From Faecousia sp. (GTDB lineage Bacteria; Bacillota; Clostridia; Oscillospirales; Oscillospiraceae), in assembly GCA_045577035.1 (NCBI GenBank), contig JAZNHQ010000025.1:1-61097 (forward strand): 61,097 bases of DNA, read 5' to 3'. The notes beneath the pieces were generated by a model. It was not told where the DNA came from and did no database searches. It worked only from the letters and a program-made list of their open reading frames with translations. Shown piece after piece: positions 20,416 to 30,300 of the stretch; the first letter of the stretch is position 1, and each line of letters starts with the position of its first letter. Both the position numbers and the translations under genes were made by a program.

Positions 20416-23400
20416 ATGAAAAAACGCATTTTGACCCTCTTGACCGTAGCTCTGTTGCTGGTAAGCATACTGGCAGTCAGTGCGTTGGCAGAAGAGGAAA
20501 CCACCACGGTCACCTTTGCACCCTATACAGATGCAGACGGTGTCCGCCGGTACTGCGCCTGCGGCAACAAGTTTATGGCAGACGAAGCCGGTACCATCGC
20601 CTATGTAAATGGCGAAGACGGCTGTAAAAATGTAAAAGACGCAGAGGGCAATGTGACAGAAGGCTGCGACGGCACGCTGATCTCCTGGAGCCCCATCAGC
20701 GGTTCCACCCAGAACCTCTCCGGAAATCCCGGCAAGGGCTTCTATCTGACCGGAAGTACCTCTTTGGCTAATGCAGATACATGTAATGCAGCAGGCAATT
20801 ACTACATTGACCTGAACGGCAATCTGCTTTACAGAAATAACAGCCGTGTTATGACCATGGTTGCTGGCTCCAATCTGTATATTACCGACACCAGTGCCAA
20901 CAAGAACGGCAATCTGCGCTGCAGAAACACCGACAGCAAGTCTCATACCGGCCAGGGTATGGTTATCTGGATGAACGGCGATAACATTTCTGTGACGCTG
21001 TTTGCGGGCAATATTGATGCCGAGGAGCCCACCAGCTATGCCACCGGCGGCTCTGCTATCTATTGCAACAAGTCCACCGGCAAGGTCAATGTCTTTGGCG
21101 GTACAGTCAAGGCAGGTACTGTCACCGGCGGTAACGCAGGCGTTGCCATGATCGGCGGAACCTTCAACCTCTACGGCGGTCAGGTGACCGGCGGCAGCGG
21201 TGTCAAGGGCGGCGCGATCTATGTTGGCTCCAGCGCTACGCTGAACATCTCCGGCGGTAAGATCGTGGGAGGTACTGCTTCCAATCAGGGTGGTGCTGTC
21301 TATAACGATGGTACCATTAACATGTCCGGTGGACAGATCATTCGTGGCACCGATGTTGCTACTGCAGTTGTGTACAATGTAGGTAGCCTTACCATTACCG
21401 GCGGTACTGTTGACGGCACCACAGCTGGTGATGGCGCACAGAAGGGTGCTATTATGGCCGGTACCGGTAGTGAGCTGACCGTGAACGGTGGTACCGTCAC
21501 CGGTAACCCCAAGAGCATTTACGCTTATGCCGCAACGGTCAATATTCAGTCCGGTACTGTGGACGGTAATCAGCTGTATATCAACGGCGGCAGTACCATC
21601 CATGTTACCGGCGGTACTGTGAACCAGGAGATCTACCTGGCAAGCGGCTCTGCCGAAATTTCCGGCAATCCCAAGATCGCCAACGGCTTGAACTTTAAGG
21701 ACACCGATCAGAAGGTCACTGTCGGCACCTTGACCGAGGGTGCTGAAGTGCGTGTAAAAACTTTGGGTGTTGCGGATGCTGTGATCCCTTACTACACCTT
21801 GACCGATGCAACGGCTCTGAACTATATGTACGATAACGACGTAGCGCGTGATCTGTACTGGTTTGAGGGTGAGGGCCTGTATGTAGGCAAATACAACTGC
21901 GCTGTCTGTGGTGGCGTATATGCAGGCTGCGAGCATGCAGAAAAGGTAAAATATACCGGAATTGCCACACTGCCCACAGAGAGCGGCAACTATTATTTGA
22001 CCCAAAATGTTGAATTGGAAAACCAATGGAGCATTACAGAAAATGCACAGATCGTGCTTGATCTGAACGGCAAAACTGTTTCCAGAGCAAAGAGAGCCGT
22101 TGGCATGAATTCTGCTGCGGTTCTGACCATTACCGATACTGTCGGTAGCGGCGCTATCAGCAGTACTGCTACCGCTGTCGATAATGGTATGGTCGTCAAT
22201 GTCAACAACACCGGTGCTGTGCTGAATCTGTATGCCGGTACTTTGGATGCATCCGGCGTTACCAATGCCAACTACGGCGCAGCGGTGAATGTGGCCGGCA
22301 CGCTGAATGTGTACGGCGGTAAGATCCTTGGCGGTGATGCTGTTTACGGCGGTGCGGTGTCTGTAAAGGCCAACGCTGCTGCCAATATCCTGGGCGGCGA
22401 GATCGTTTCCGGCAAGGGTACCTATGGTACTGCTGTCTATGTTACCAAGGGCGGCAATCTGAAGCTGGAGAACGCCACCGTTACCGGCGGTACCAGTGGT
22501 ACCACTATCTGGAACTGCGGCGTGATCACTCTGTCTGGCAAGGTGGATATGCCTGTTGCCAACTTTGACATCATGATCGACAAGCGCGGTGGCGGCGATT
22601 GCTACCTGGATGTAACCGGTCTGACCGAGGTGACTGACACCGTTTCCCTGAGAAGATGGGAAACCGACAGCACTAACGATGATGCCGGCCTGCTGGCTGA
22701 TGGCGCAACCGAGAGCCATGTTGCCATGTTCGAGGCCAAGAAGGCTGATTTCTATAAGATCCAGTTGGTAGAGGGTCAGCTGATGCTGGCGGCCAAGGAT
22801 GTTGCTATCTATGGCATGAATGACAAAGGTGAATACCTGGGCGCATTTGCAGATCTGAACGATCTGTCCGGTGCATCCGAAAGCATTACCTATTACCTGG
22901 TTACCAAGGACCTGGATGGCATTACCGTTGGCTCTAACATTGTGCTGAATCTGAACGGTAAGCAACTGACCAATGTGACTGTGCCTGAGACCGTAGAGCT
23001 GAAGCTGATCGATACTGCCAACAATGGCTACGATGCAACCAAGTGCGGCAGCCTGTCTGGTACTATCAACGGCACCATGACTGTGTTGACCCAGTGGGAT
23101 GTCTACCGCTATGCAGTTGTGGTGGACGAATCCGGTGTCTACTCTGCACACCGTTACTACAGGGCTATGTCTGCCATCAGCCTGGATCCCACCAACGATG
23201 CTTTTGGCTATAAGGCAGAGTTCAAGATGGATAATGAGCTGGCCGGCTATGTATCCAGCTACGGCTTCGAGCTGTGGGCGGATGACAACAATCCCATCTT
23301 CTACGGCTTGACCGAGTTCGCTAACGGCACCCGCACCCTGCGTCTGAAGAACATCTTTGCAAACAATGGTCAGGAAATGGCTGTTTCCGGTCGTGGTTAC

Positions 23401-23670
23401 ATTACTTTCACTGTGGACGGACAGGAGTACACCACCAGAACCTCCACCCAAAAGAATACCATGAAGGATGTTATCAAGGCAGTCAATGACAGCTGGTACA
23501 ATGCTGACGGTGAGTTTACCTACAGCCAGACGCAGATGGATGCTGTGAAGGCACTGTGTGATCAGTACAGTGTAGTCACCTCCACTTGGGAGCTGAACAA
23601 CATTTACGCTGTGGCAGAAGATACCACCCCTGAGACTACCGAACCCGAGGAAACTGTTTCCGAAGTTTAA
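20416..23670 (+). CDS. Giant secreted modular protein (1084 aa): two Cys-capped beta-helix modules and a distinct C-terminal domain
   Basis: RBS AGGAGG; Sec signal MKKRILTLLTVALLLVSILAVSALA-E; GG-rich repeats; region colinear with the 12662 protein; non-repetitive C-terminal ~280 aa. Confidence 0.8.
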   Translation: MKKRILTLLTVALLLVSILAVSALAEEETTTVTFAPYTDADGVRRYCACGNKFMADEAGTIAYVNGEDGCKNVKDAEGNVTEGCDGTLISWSPISGSTQNLSGNPGKGFYLTGSTSLANADTCNAAGNYYIDLNGNLLYRNNSRVMTMVAGSNLYITDTSANKNGNLRCRNTDSKSHTGQGMVIWMNGDNISVTLFAGNIDAEEPTSYATGGSAIYCNKSTGKVNVFGGTVKAGTVTGGNAGVAMIGGTFNLYGGQVTGGSGVKGGAIYVGSSATLNISGGKIVGGTASNQGGAVYNDGTINMSGGQIIRGTDVATAVVYNVGSLTITGGTVDGTTAGDGAQKGAIMAGTGSELTVNGGTVTGNPKSIYAYAATVNIQSGTVDGNQLYINGGSTIHVTGGTVNQEIYLASGSAEISGNPKIANGLNFKDTDQKVTVGTLTEGAEVRVKTLGVADAVIPYYTLTDATALNYMYDNDVARDLYWFEGEGLYVGKYNCAVCGGVYAGCEHAEKVKYTGIATLPTESGNYYLTQNVELENQWSITENAQIVLDLNGKTVSRAKRAVGMNSAAVLTITDTVGSGAISSTATAVDNGMVVNVNNTGAVLNLYAGTLDASGVTNANYGAAVNVAGTLNVYGGKILGGDAVYGGAVSVKANAAANILGGEIVSGKGTYGTAVYVTKGGNLKLENATVTGGTSGTTIWNCGVITLSGKVDMPVANFDIMIDKRGGGDCYLDVTGLTEVTDTVSLRRWETDSTNDDAGLLADGATESHVAMFEAKKADFYKIQLVEGQLMLAAKDVAIYGMNDKGEYLGAFADLNDLSGASESITYYLVTKDLDGITVGSNIVLNLNGKQLTNVTVPETVELKLIDTANNGYDATKCGSLSGTINGTMTVLTQWDVYRYAVVVDESGVYSAHRYYRAMSAISLDPTNDAFGYKAEFKMDNELAGYVSSYGFELWADDNNPIFYGLTEFANGTRTLRLKNIFANNGQEMAVSGRGYITFTVDGQEYTTRTSTQKNTMKDVIKAVNDSWYNADGEFTYSQTQMDAVKALCDQYSVVTSTWELNNIYAVAEDTTPETTEPEETVSEV

Positions 23671-23705
23671 TTTGCTCGTTTCATTCCCCTAACTAACCCC
23701 CATAC

Positions 23706-23740
23706 GCGCAAAAGCCGCCGAAGTTCGGCGGCTTTTGCGC
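23706..23740 (+). terminator. Strong hairpin (terminator or mRNA stabiliser) between the giant gene and a ceramidase-like gene
   Basis: GCGCAAAAGCCGCCGAA-g-TTCGGCGGCTTTTGCGC. Confidence 0.7.
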
Positions 23741-23767
23741 AATCCCTTTTGGGGAAAGGAGTATTTT

Positions 23768-25099
23768 ATGAACAATCAATTGCTTGTTGGTTTTGCCCGT
23801 GTGGATATTACACCTACGGAATCCGTACCTTTGGCAGGTTACGGAAATACCTCGTCAAGAATGTCCCAGAATGTTTTAAGCCCCTTGTATAGTACTTGCG
23901 TTGCCGTGACCGGCACCAATGACAGTACGGTAATCATCTTCCATAATGACTTGTGTACGACCCCTGTGGAGTTTAGTGATCCTGTCAGAAAGGCGGTCAG
24001 TGCTGCCACGGGAGTGCCTTATGAGAATATCATGGTCACGGCAACCCACAACCATAGCTCTCCTGACATGAACAACCGCCGGGAGCCTGCTTTGGTGCGG
24101 TATATTCAGTGGGCTATAGTCCAATTAACGCAATGTGCCGTGGAAGCCATGGCAGACCGCAAGCCAGCAACTATGGAAACCGCAAAGGTGCAGACGGAGG
24201 GATTTAATTTCGTCCGGCACTATGTGCTGTCCGATGGTAGCTACCGAGGTGATAACTTCGGGTCTATGAATAAGAATCCCATTGTGGCACATACCACGCA
24301 GGCTGACAAAGAGATGCGGATTGTAAAGTTTTGCCGTCACTGTGGCGAAGATATTTGGCTCGTGAATTTTCAAGGACATCCTACCTGTACCTCCGGCCCC
24401 AAAAAGTATGATGTCAGTTCTGATTTGATCGGAGCTATGCGACATGTAATAGAGCAATCCGCACAGTGCAAAGTCCTCTATTTTACCGGAGCGTCCGGTA
24501 ATCTGAACTTCGGTAGCCGTATTTTGGAGGAAAATCGTTATTCCGGCTGTGAAGCCCGCGGAAAAACATTGGCAGAATATGCCATAGGGGCTCAATTTCA
24601 TGCTGTGGCTGGGACAGATGTGCGTATCTGCTCTGTATCACACCCTGAGCCTATCAATCGTCCTGATCCGCAGATGTTAGAGCACGCCCGTGAGGTGGCG
24701 GAGCTTTGGAAGAAAACCAATGATTCCAAGCTGGTGATTCCGCTGGCTGTCAGCTATGGCATCAACAGCCCTTATGCCGCCACCAGTATTGTGAGTCGTT
24801 ACGCCATGAAAGCGGATCATTTGGATTTATTAATGGATGCTGTCACCATTGGTGATGTGGGATTTGTGTTTGCGGCGTACGAAATGTTCGACACCAACGG
24901 AAAATATATCCGAGATAATTCTCCGTTCGAAACTACAGTCATTGCCACTTGTGCCAACGATCAGAACAGCTATATCCCTTCGGCTTACGGCTTTTTACAC
25001 GGCTGCTACGAAGCGGATCAATGTTTCTTCCGTCCCGGTACCGGCGAGCGTATGGCAGAGCGTTATTTGTCCATGCTTTATAGCCTGAAGAATAATTAG
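23768..25099 (+). CDS. Neutral-ceramidase-superfamily amidohydrolase, cytoplasmic
   Basis: VGFARVDITPTESVPLAGYG, TATHNHSSP, NFVRHY, NFQGHPT, SSDLIG, GASGN, AYEMF, GCYE; no signal peptide; RBS AAGGAG before ATG 23768. Confidence 0.72.
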   Translation: MNNQLLVGFARVDITPTESVPLAGYGNTSSRMSQNVLSPLYSTCVAVTGTNDSTVIIFHNDLCTTPVEFSDPVRKAVSAATGVPYENIMVTATHNHSSPDMNNRREPALVRYIQWAIVQLTQCAVEAMADRKPATMETAKVQTEGFNFVRHYVLSDGSYRGDNFGSMNKNPIVAHTTQADKEMRIVKFCRHCGEDIWLVNFQGHPTCTSGPKKYDVSSDLIGAMRHVIEQSAQCKVLYFTGASGNLNFGSRILEENRYSGCEARGKTLAEYAIGAQFHAVAGTDVRICSVSHPEPINRPDPQMLEHAREVAELWKKTNDSKLVIPLAVSYGINSPYAATSIVSRYAMKADHLDLLMDAVTIGDVGFVFAAYEMFDTNGKYIRDNSPFETTVIATCANDQNSYIPSAYGFLHGCYEADQCFFRPGTGERMAERYLSMLYSLKNN

Positions 25100-25109
25100 G
25101 CATAATATA

Positions 25110-25143
25110 TTGAGGCTCACAGACTTTTGTCTGTGAGCCTCAA
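25110..25143. terminator. Hairpin between convergent genes
   Basis: TTGAGGCTCACAGAC-tttt-GTCTGTGAGCCTCAA. Confidence 0.75.
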
Positions 25144-25155
25144 CTATTGCGAAAA

Positions 25156-26052
25156 TCAATCTAAAATGCGGTACTCAGGCTGGTTTTTTAAAAGGCTGAT
25201 CAGATACTTTTCGGCAGGGGAGAGTTCTGTATTCTTGGGGTAACAAATACCTTGCTGATAATAAAAAGGAGGATCTACGGGAATGTACGCCAGTTGGTCG
25301 GACAAATTGTTCTCCGGACAGAATCCTAATGTATCGCTTCCACACAGCACATCGGCAATAGAGCCGTGACGCATGTAGGTGCGTTTAATGTTCGGCGTAT
25401 AGCCCAGTTTGTGAAAATAGCTGTCCACGGTCTCTCGCAGAACGGTATTTTTGCGCATAAGCGCAAAGGGGGTATCCTTCTTTAAATCGTGCAAGCGAAT
25501 ACGCTGGCCTTCTTGCAGCGAGAGTGCCAAAGGGTGATTCTTTGCAGTTACCAACAGCATTTCCTTTTTGGCACATGGGATATAGGTCAGATCCTCGTTC
25601 TTGATCTCATAAGCACATAGTCCCAAATGTAATGTACCCTCGGCGACCTGTGTCTGCACCTCTTGAGAACCGTCACAGAAGAATTTTACGGAAACATTGG
25701 GAAAGCGTTGTGTGACCTTTTCTGCGCACTCAGTGGCAAAGCCGTGTAAAAAATCACCGTAAATTCCAAAAATTATTTGGTTTTCATCCTTGCGGATAGG
25801 GGACAGCTCAGCATCAAGCGCTTTCCACAGGGCGTGGATCTGTTGGGCGGTCCGCAGATAGGCCTTGCCGGCTTCCGTGAGCACCAGGGCGCTGCTTTTA
25901 CTCCTGGTGAACAGCTTTACGCCCACATCTTCTTCCAACTTCTCCAAAAAACGGCTCAGGGATGGCTGTGTCAAATATAAGCTTTGTGCGGCCTTGGATA
26001 AGCTGCCGTATTCTACGATTCGCAAAAAATAGGTTATTTTTTTAAGTTCCAT
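25156..26052 (-). CDS. LysR-family regulator, divergent from the Ldh_2 gene
   Basis: GSLSKAAQSLYLTQPSLSRFLEKLEEDVGVKLFTR; start moved to 26052. Confidence 0.9.
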   Translation of the reverse strand: MELKKITYFLRIVEYGSLSKAAQSLYLTQPSLSRFLEKLEEDVGVKLFTRSKSSALVLTEAGKAYLRTAQQIHALWKALDAELSPIRKDENQIIFGIYGDFLHGFATECAEKVTQRFPNVSVKFFCDGSQEVQTQVAEGTLHLGLCAYEIKNEDLTYIPCAKKEMLLVTAKNHPLALSLQEGQRIRLHDLKKDTPFALMRKNTVLRETVDSYFHKLGYTPNIKRTYMRHGSIADVLCGSDTLGFCPENNLSDQLAYIPVDPPFYYQQGICYPKNTELSPAEKYLISLLKNQPEYRILD

Positions 26053-26193
26053 ATAGCAACTCCTTACTCCTAAGGTATGCATTTTATCTATACCTCCATT
26101 CTACATTTCAATTTGTCATATGTCAATGATTTTGTTATGATATAAAATAGAACGGTATAATGTACGAATATGTCAGTTAAGGAGTAGGGGATT

Positions 26194-27285
26194 ATGAATT
26201 ATTCTAAGCTAGATTATGAACAGCTAAAACAGTTTTGTATTCATGTTTATCAGGGCTATGGTTTCAGCGGTGAGGAAAGTGAGCAGATCACAGAGGTTTT
26301 GCTGGACGCGGATCTTTCCGGTATTGAGTCCCATGGTGTCCAGCGGATGATCCGATATCATAAAGAGATCACCGGCGGCATGGTCACTGTTAATGCCAAG
26401 CCGGAGATTGTGAAGGAAACACCTGTTTCCGCTACCATTGAAGCAAATGATGCCATGGGTCAGCTGGTGAGTATACAGGCCATGGATCTTGCCATTGAGA
26501 AAGCGAAGAAAACCGGCATTGGAATGGTGGCAGTTCGTAACTCCAACCATTACGGTGTGGCAGGTTACTACACACGCCGAGCCGCTGAGCAAGGCCTGGT
26601 TGGCATTTGTATGACAAATACAGAAGCCATCATGGTTCCCACCTTTGGCCGTCAAGCCATGCTGGGCACCAATCCCATTGCTTTTTCCATGCCTGCTGAG
26701 CCTGTGCCCTTTACCTTTGACGCAGCCACTACGGTTGTGCCCCGTGGGAAGCTGGAGGTATATGCCAAGCGTGACGGTGTGATCCGTGACGGTTGGGCAT
26801 TGGATGAAAACGGAAATCCCAGTACCGATGCCAATCGTGTTTTGGGCAATATCATTGCCAAGACCGGCGGTGGCATTCTGCCTTTGGGTGGCGCCGGTGA
26901 AGAGACCTCCGGCTATAAGGGCTACGGCTTTGCAATGCTCTGTGAAATTTGTACCGCGATTCTTTCCGGCGGCACAACTTCCAATTATATTTATAAAACT
27001 CCTGGGAAATCCAATATTTGCCACTTCTTTATGGCCTTCGATCATGGTATATTTGGAGATAAAGAAGATCTGGAGGCCGCACTGTCCAAGTTTATGCAGG
27101 AATTGCGTGAAAGCAACAAGGCGGAAGGCTGTGACCGGATCTATACCCATGGCGAAAAGGAATTCTATAACCGGCAGAATGTGATCTCCAATGGCGTAAG
27201 CGTCAACGAAAAGACCTATGCGGAGATGCAGGTGATTGCCCAGTTTACCGGCACACAATCGTTGCTTCCTGTGCCGAAAAAGTAA
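26194..27285 (+). CDS. Ldh_2-family (malate/L-lactate/2-hydroxyacid) NAD(P) oxidoreductase, YjmC/AllD/ComC-like
   Basis: ADLSGIESHGVQR, VRNSNHYG.AGYY, LGTNPIAFSMP, DAATTVV.RGK, LPLGG...GYKGYG. Confidence 0.88.
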   Translation: MNYSKLDYEQLKQFCIHVYQGYGFSGEESEQITEVLLDADLSGIESHGVQRMIRYHKEITGGMVTVNAKPEIVKETPVSATIEANDAMGQLVSIQAMDLAIEKAKKTGIGMVAVRNSNHYGVAGYYTRRAAEQGLVGICMTNTEAIMVPTFGRQAMLGTNPIAFSMPAEPVPFTFDAATTVVPRGKLEVYAKRDGVIRDGWALDENGNPSTDANRVLGNIIAKTGGGILPLGGAGEETSGYKGYGFAMLCEICTAILSGGTTSNYIYKTPGKSNICHFFMAFDHGIFGDKEDLEAALSKFMQELRESNKAEGCDRIYTHGEKEFYNRQNVISNGVSVNEKTYAEMQVIAQFTGTQSLLPVPKK

Positions 27286-27340
27286 GGGGAAGTCTTTTTG
27301 CTCTGTTTGATTCTTTGATCAGGAAAGAAGGAATACGTAA

Positions 27341-30300
27341 ATGAAAATTATGGCAAACAAAAAGCTGTGGATCGTGCTTGGTCTGGCGTTGCTTTTGATC
27401 GTTAGCGCATGCGTACTGATTTTTGCAGACTTTGGCGGCGAAGCTGCCGACCCTTGCGCGGACACCGACGGCAAGTACTATTGGAACATTGACAGACTGC
27501 AGTATGTGGGTTCCGATGTAAATCCCATGCCATCTATCAGCTCCCGTCATGATCGTGACGATGTTTACTATCTGCGCATGGCTGTGGATGGAGAGCAGAT
27601 TGAGGTCATGGCGAAGGATGTTCAGCTGGTCCAGCAGATGGATAACTGGGATCTGATGTGCCTGGGCTTTGATGAGGAGGGCTATGTTACTAAGGTAGTC
27701 CCTGCAACAAAATGGTCACAAAAAGTGCTGGAGGATGTGTATGTCCAGTCCATTGACGGACAGACCGTAACGGTCAATAGCAATGCTTATTATACAGCCT
27801 TGGAGCGGAGAATCACCGTCACCGAGGATACACTGGTGTACAATGTAGCCAATTATGACGGCTCCGGTCTGCTGACAGGCTTTGCCGGCACACTGAACCT
27901 GGATGATGAGATCACTGTGGTTCTGGATAAGAACGGCTGCGCCACCCATATTTATACTGCGCCTTACAGAACGCCGGGCAAACTGTATTACAGCACAGAG
28001 CGGCTGTACGACAGCAGCAGCAAAATGACCACTCGGCTTTCCGATACTTTGGGCTACTATAATTATGAGTTCATGGTAGACGGCGAGTTAGTGAAGCTGC
28101 GTACCAGAGATCTGGCCGTTGCCAGTAAGATCGACCAACAGCCCTATCAGTGGGTCGGCTTGGAATTTGATGAAAACGGCGATATTATTGCAGCTAATAG
28201 CGGCGGTGTTACCGTCTACGGCAAGGGAGCTTGCTTGAACAGCTCTGTACAGTCTATACAGTGGGACGACTATGGCGCTACCATCAAGTGCATCTATCCC
28301 TCCAGCGACAAGACTACCCAGGGCAGACTGCACCCTGACTGCAAGATCTATGACTATAGCGGAGAAGGGGAGTTCGGTCAGCTGACCGAGCTTCGGGAGG
28401 GTGACTATATCCGTGCGCTGCGTGATCACCGTGGCCGTATCATATACATTGCTGTGGTATACCGCCCCAATGTATATACCCATGTGTATCTGCTGGATCG
28501 TCAGTATGACAGTAAAACAAAATCCACACTGCGTCAGCCCGATGGGGAAGGATACTACCATATCAAGGCAAGTGTGAACGGCCAGACTATGACCCTTCGC
28601 TGCAGCGACCGCAAGCTGGTTACCTATATGGATTCCCAGGGTACCAACATTGTGGGTGTTTTGCTGCGTGATGATGAGATCATTCGTACCGCACCGGCTA
28701 CATACACCCTGGCAGGCTACTATTTGGCCAGTGGCTGGGATGTGACAGCCTTTGATGCGGCTGCAGGCACCATGGAGGTTACCTCCATGTCCGGTGATAC
28801 CAAGGGCAACACGAAAACCGGTACCCTGGCATCAAACTGTAAAGTGTATAATGTGAGCCTGTTGGCAGACACCGTTGGCCAGACTGATCAGGTGCAGGTG
28901 GGCGATACGGTGCGTGCCTATACCAACCACAAGGGTGAGGTGGAGGTCATCTATGTGACCAAGCGCCCCATGCATTCTCCTGCATATAGAAAGCTCAAAG
29001 AACTGGGCAAGCAGGCAGATGGCTATTATCATTATCTGATGGCGGTCAATGGCAAGCAGATCATTGTCAAAGCCAATGGTGAGGCCAGAACCCAAATTGA
29101 AAAGTCTAAAACCCTGGGTCTGTATTTGACTTCCAATAATGTGGCGTATAAGTCTGTTTCCGCAGTACATATTGCAGGCTTCAACGGCGGTGTATTTGCT
29201 ACGGATTATACGGTCACTGGCTACGGCAGCACCTTGACACTGGTAAAGGGTAAGGATACGCTGTCTGCACCCATGGCCAATAATTGCCAGATCTATAACC
29301 TTACGGCTTATGGAAATTATACCGGCGAAGCTACAACCCTTCGTATTGGCGATAAGGTGCAGTGTTTCAAGGATAAGGCCGGTAACATTACACTGATCTA
29401 TGTGACTGAGCGGACGGCTCATACAGTCAGTAATCACTGCGCCTGCTATGGCAGCGAGTATCATACGGATCACAGCGGCTGTGAAAAGCTTAAGTGGACC
29501 AAGCTGCCTGAGGCAGTGGACAATCAGATCATCATTACCCAGTCCGGTAACTACTACCTGTCCCATAATGCGGCGGGTATGCTGATCGTAGAACCCGGCT
29601 TGACAGTAAATCTGTGCCTGAACGGCTATTTACTGCGGGCAAGACAGGCACTGACCGCTCGTGAGGGTGCGGTGGTGAATATTTCTGATTGCGGAACCAA
29701 GGGCTGTATCTCCGGCACCCATGATGAAAATGGCGGTTATGCAGTGAAAGTCAGCGGCGGTACAGTAAACCTGTACAGTGGTATTCTGAACGGCGTTCAG
29801 CCTTTCAATACGGCACAGAAAAACCGCTGTGTACTGCTGGAATCCGGCAGCTTCAATATGTACGGCGGCACCATTCGTGACGGCTATCTGATCGATAGTA
29901 AAAACGGTGGTAATGTGCTGGTGCAAAGCGGAAGCTTTACCATGCTGGGCGGTACGATCACCGGTGGCCAGGTCACAAATGGCAAGGGCGCCGATGTGTA
30001 TGTGTCCAATGGCGCGACCATGACCCTGGGCGGCAAGGCTCAGTCTGGCAATGTATATCTGGCTGACGGTGCTGTGTTTAATTTCCACGAAAGTCTGAAT
30101 GAATCCAAGGCTTCTGCCTGCGTTGATATGGCGACAGCCGGCACCCGCTTTGGCGTGGGTAGTGCAAAAGAGGCATACACCCAGGTGATCACGACCGGAG
30201 ATCCCACATATACGGTTCGTTATGACGAAGCCTTGCAGGCTCTGTATTTAAGATCCAATATCGCACATGCCCATTGCGTCTGTGTGGGTAGCGATCACAT

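Noticed and set aside
20401-23451. 1016-aa minus-strand ORF, and similar long antisense ORFs at 12707-14278, 32083-34329, 9764-11044 and 54223-55500
   Set aside because: Codon-register mirrors of real genes, caused by codon bias; no RBS, motifs or domain signatures
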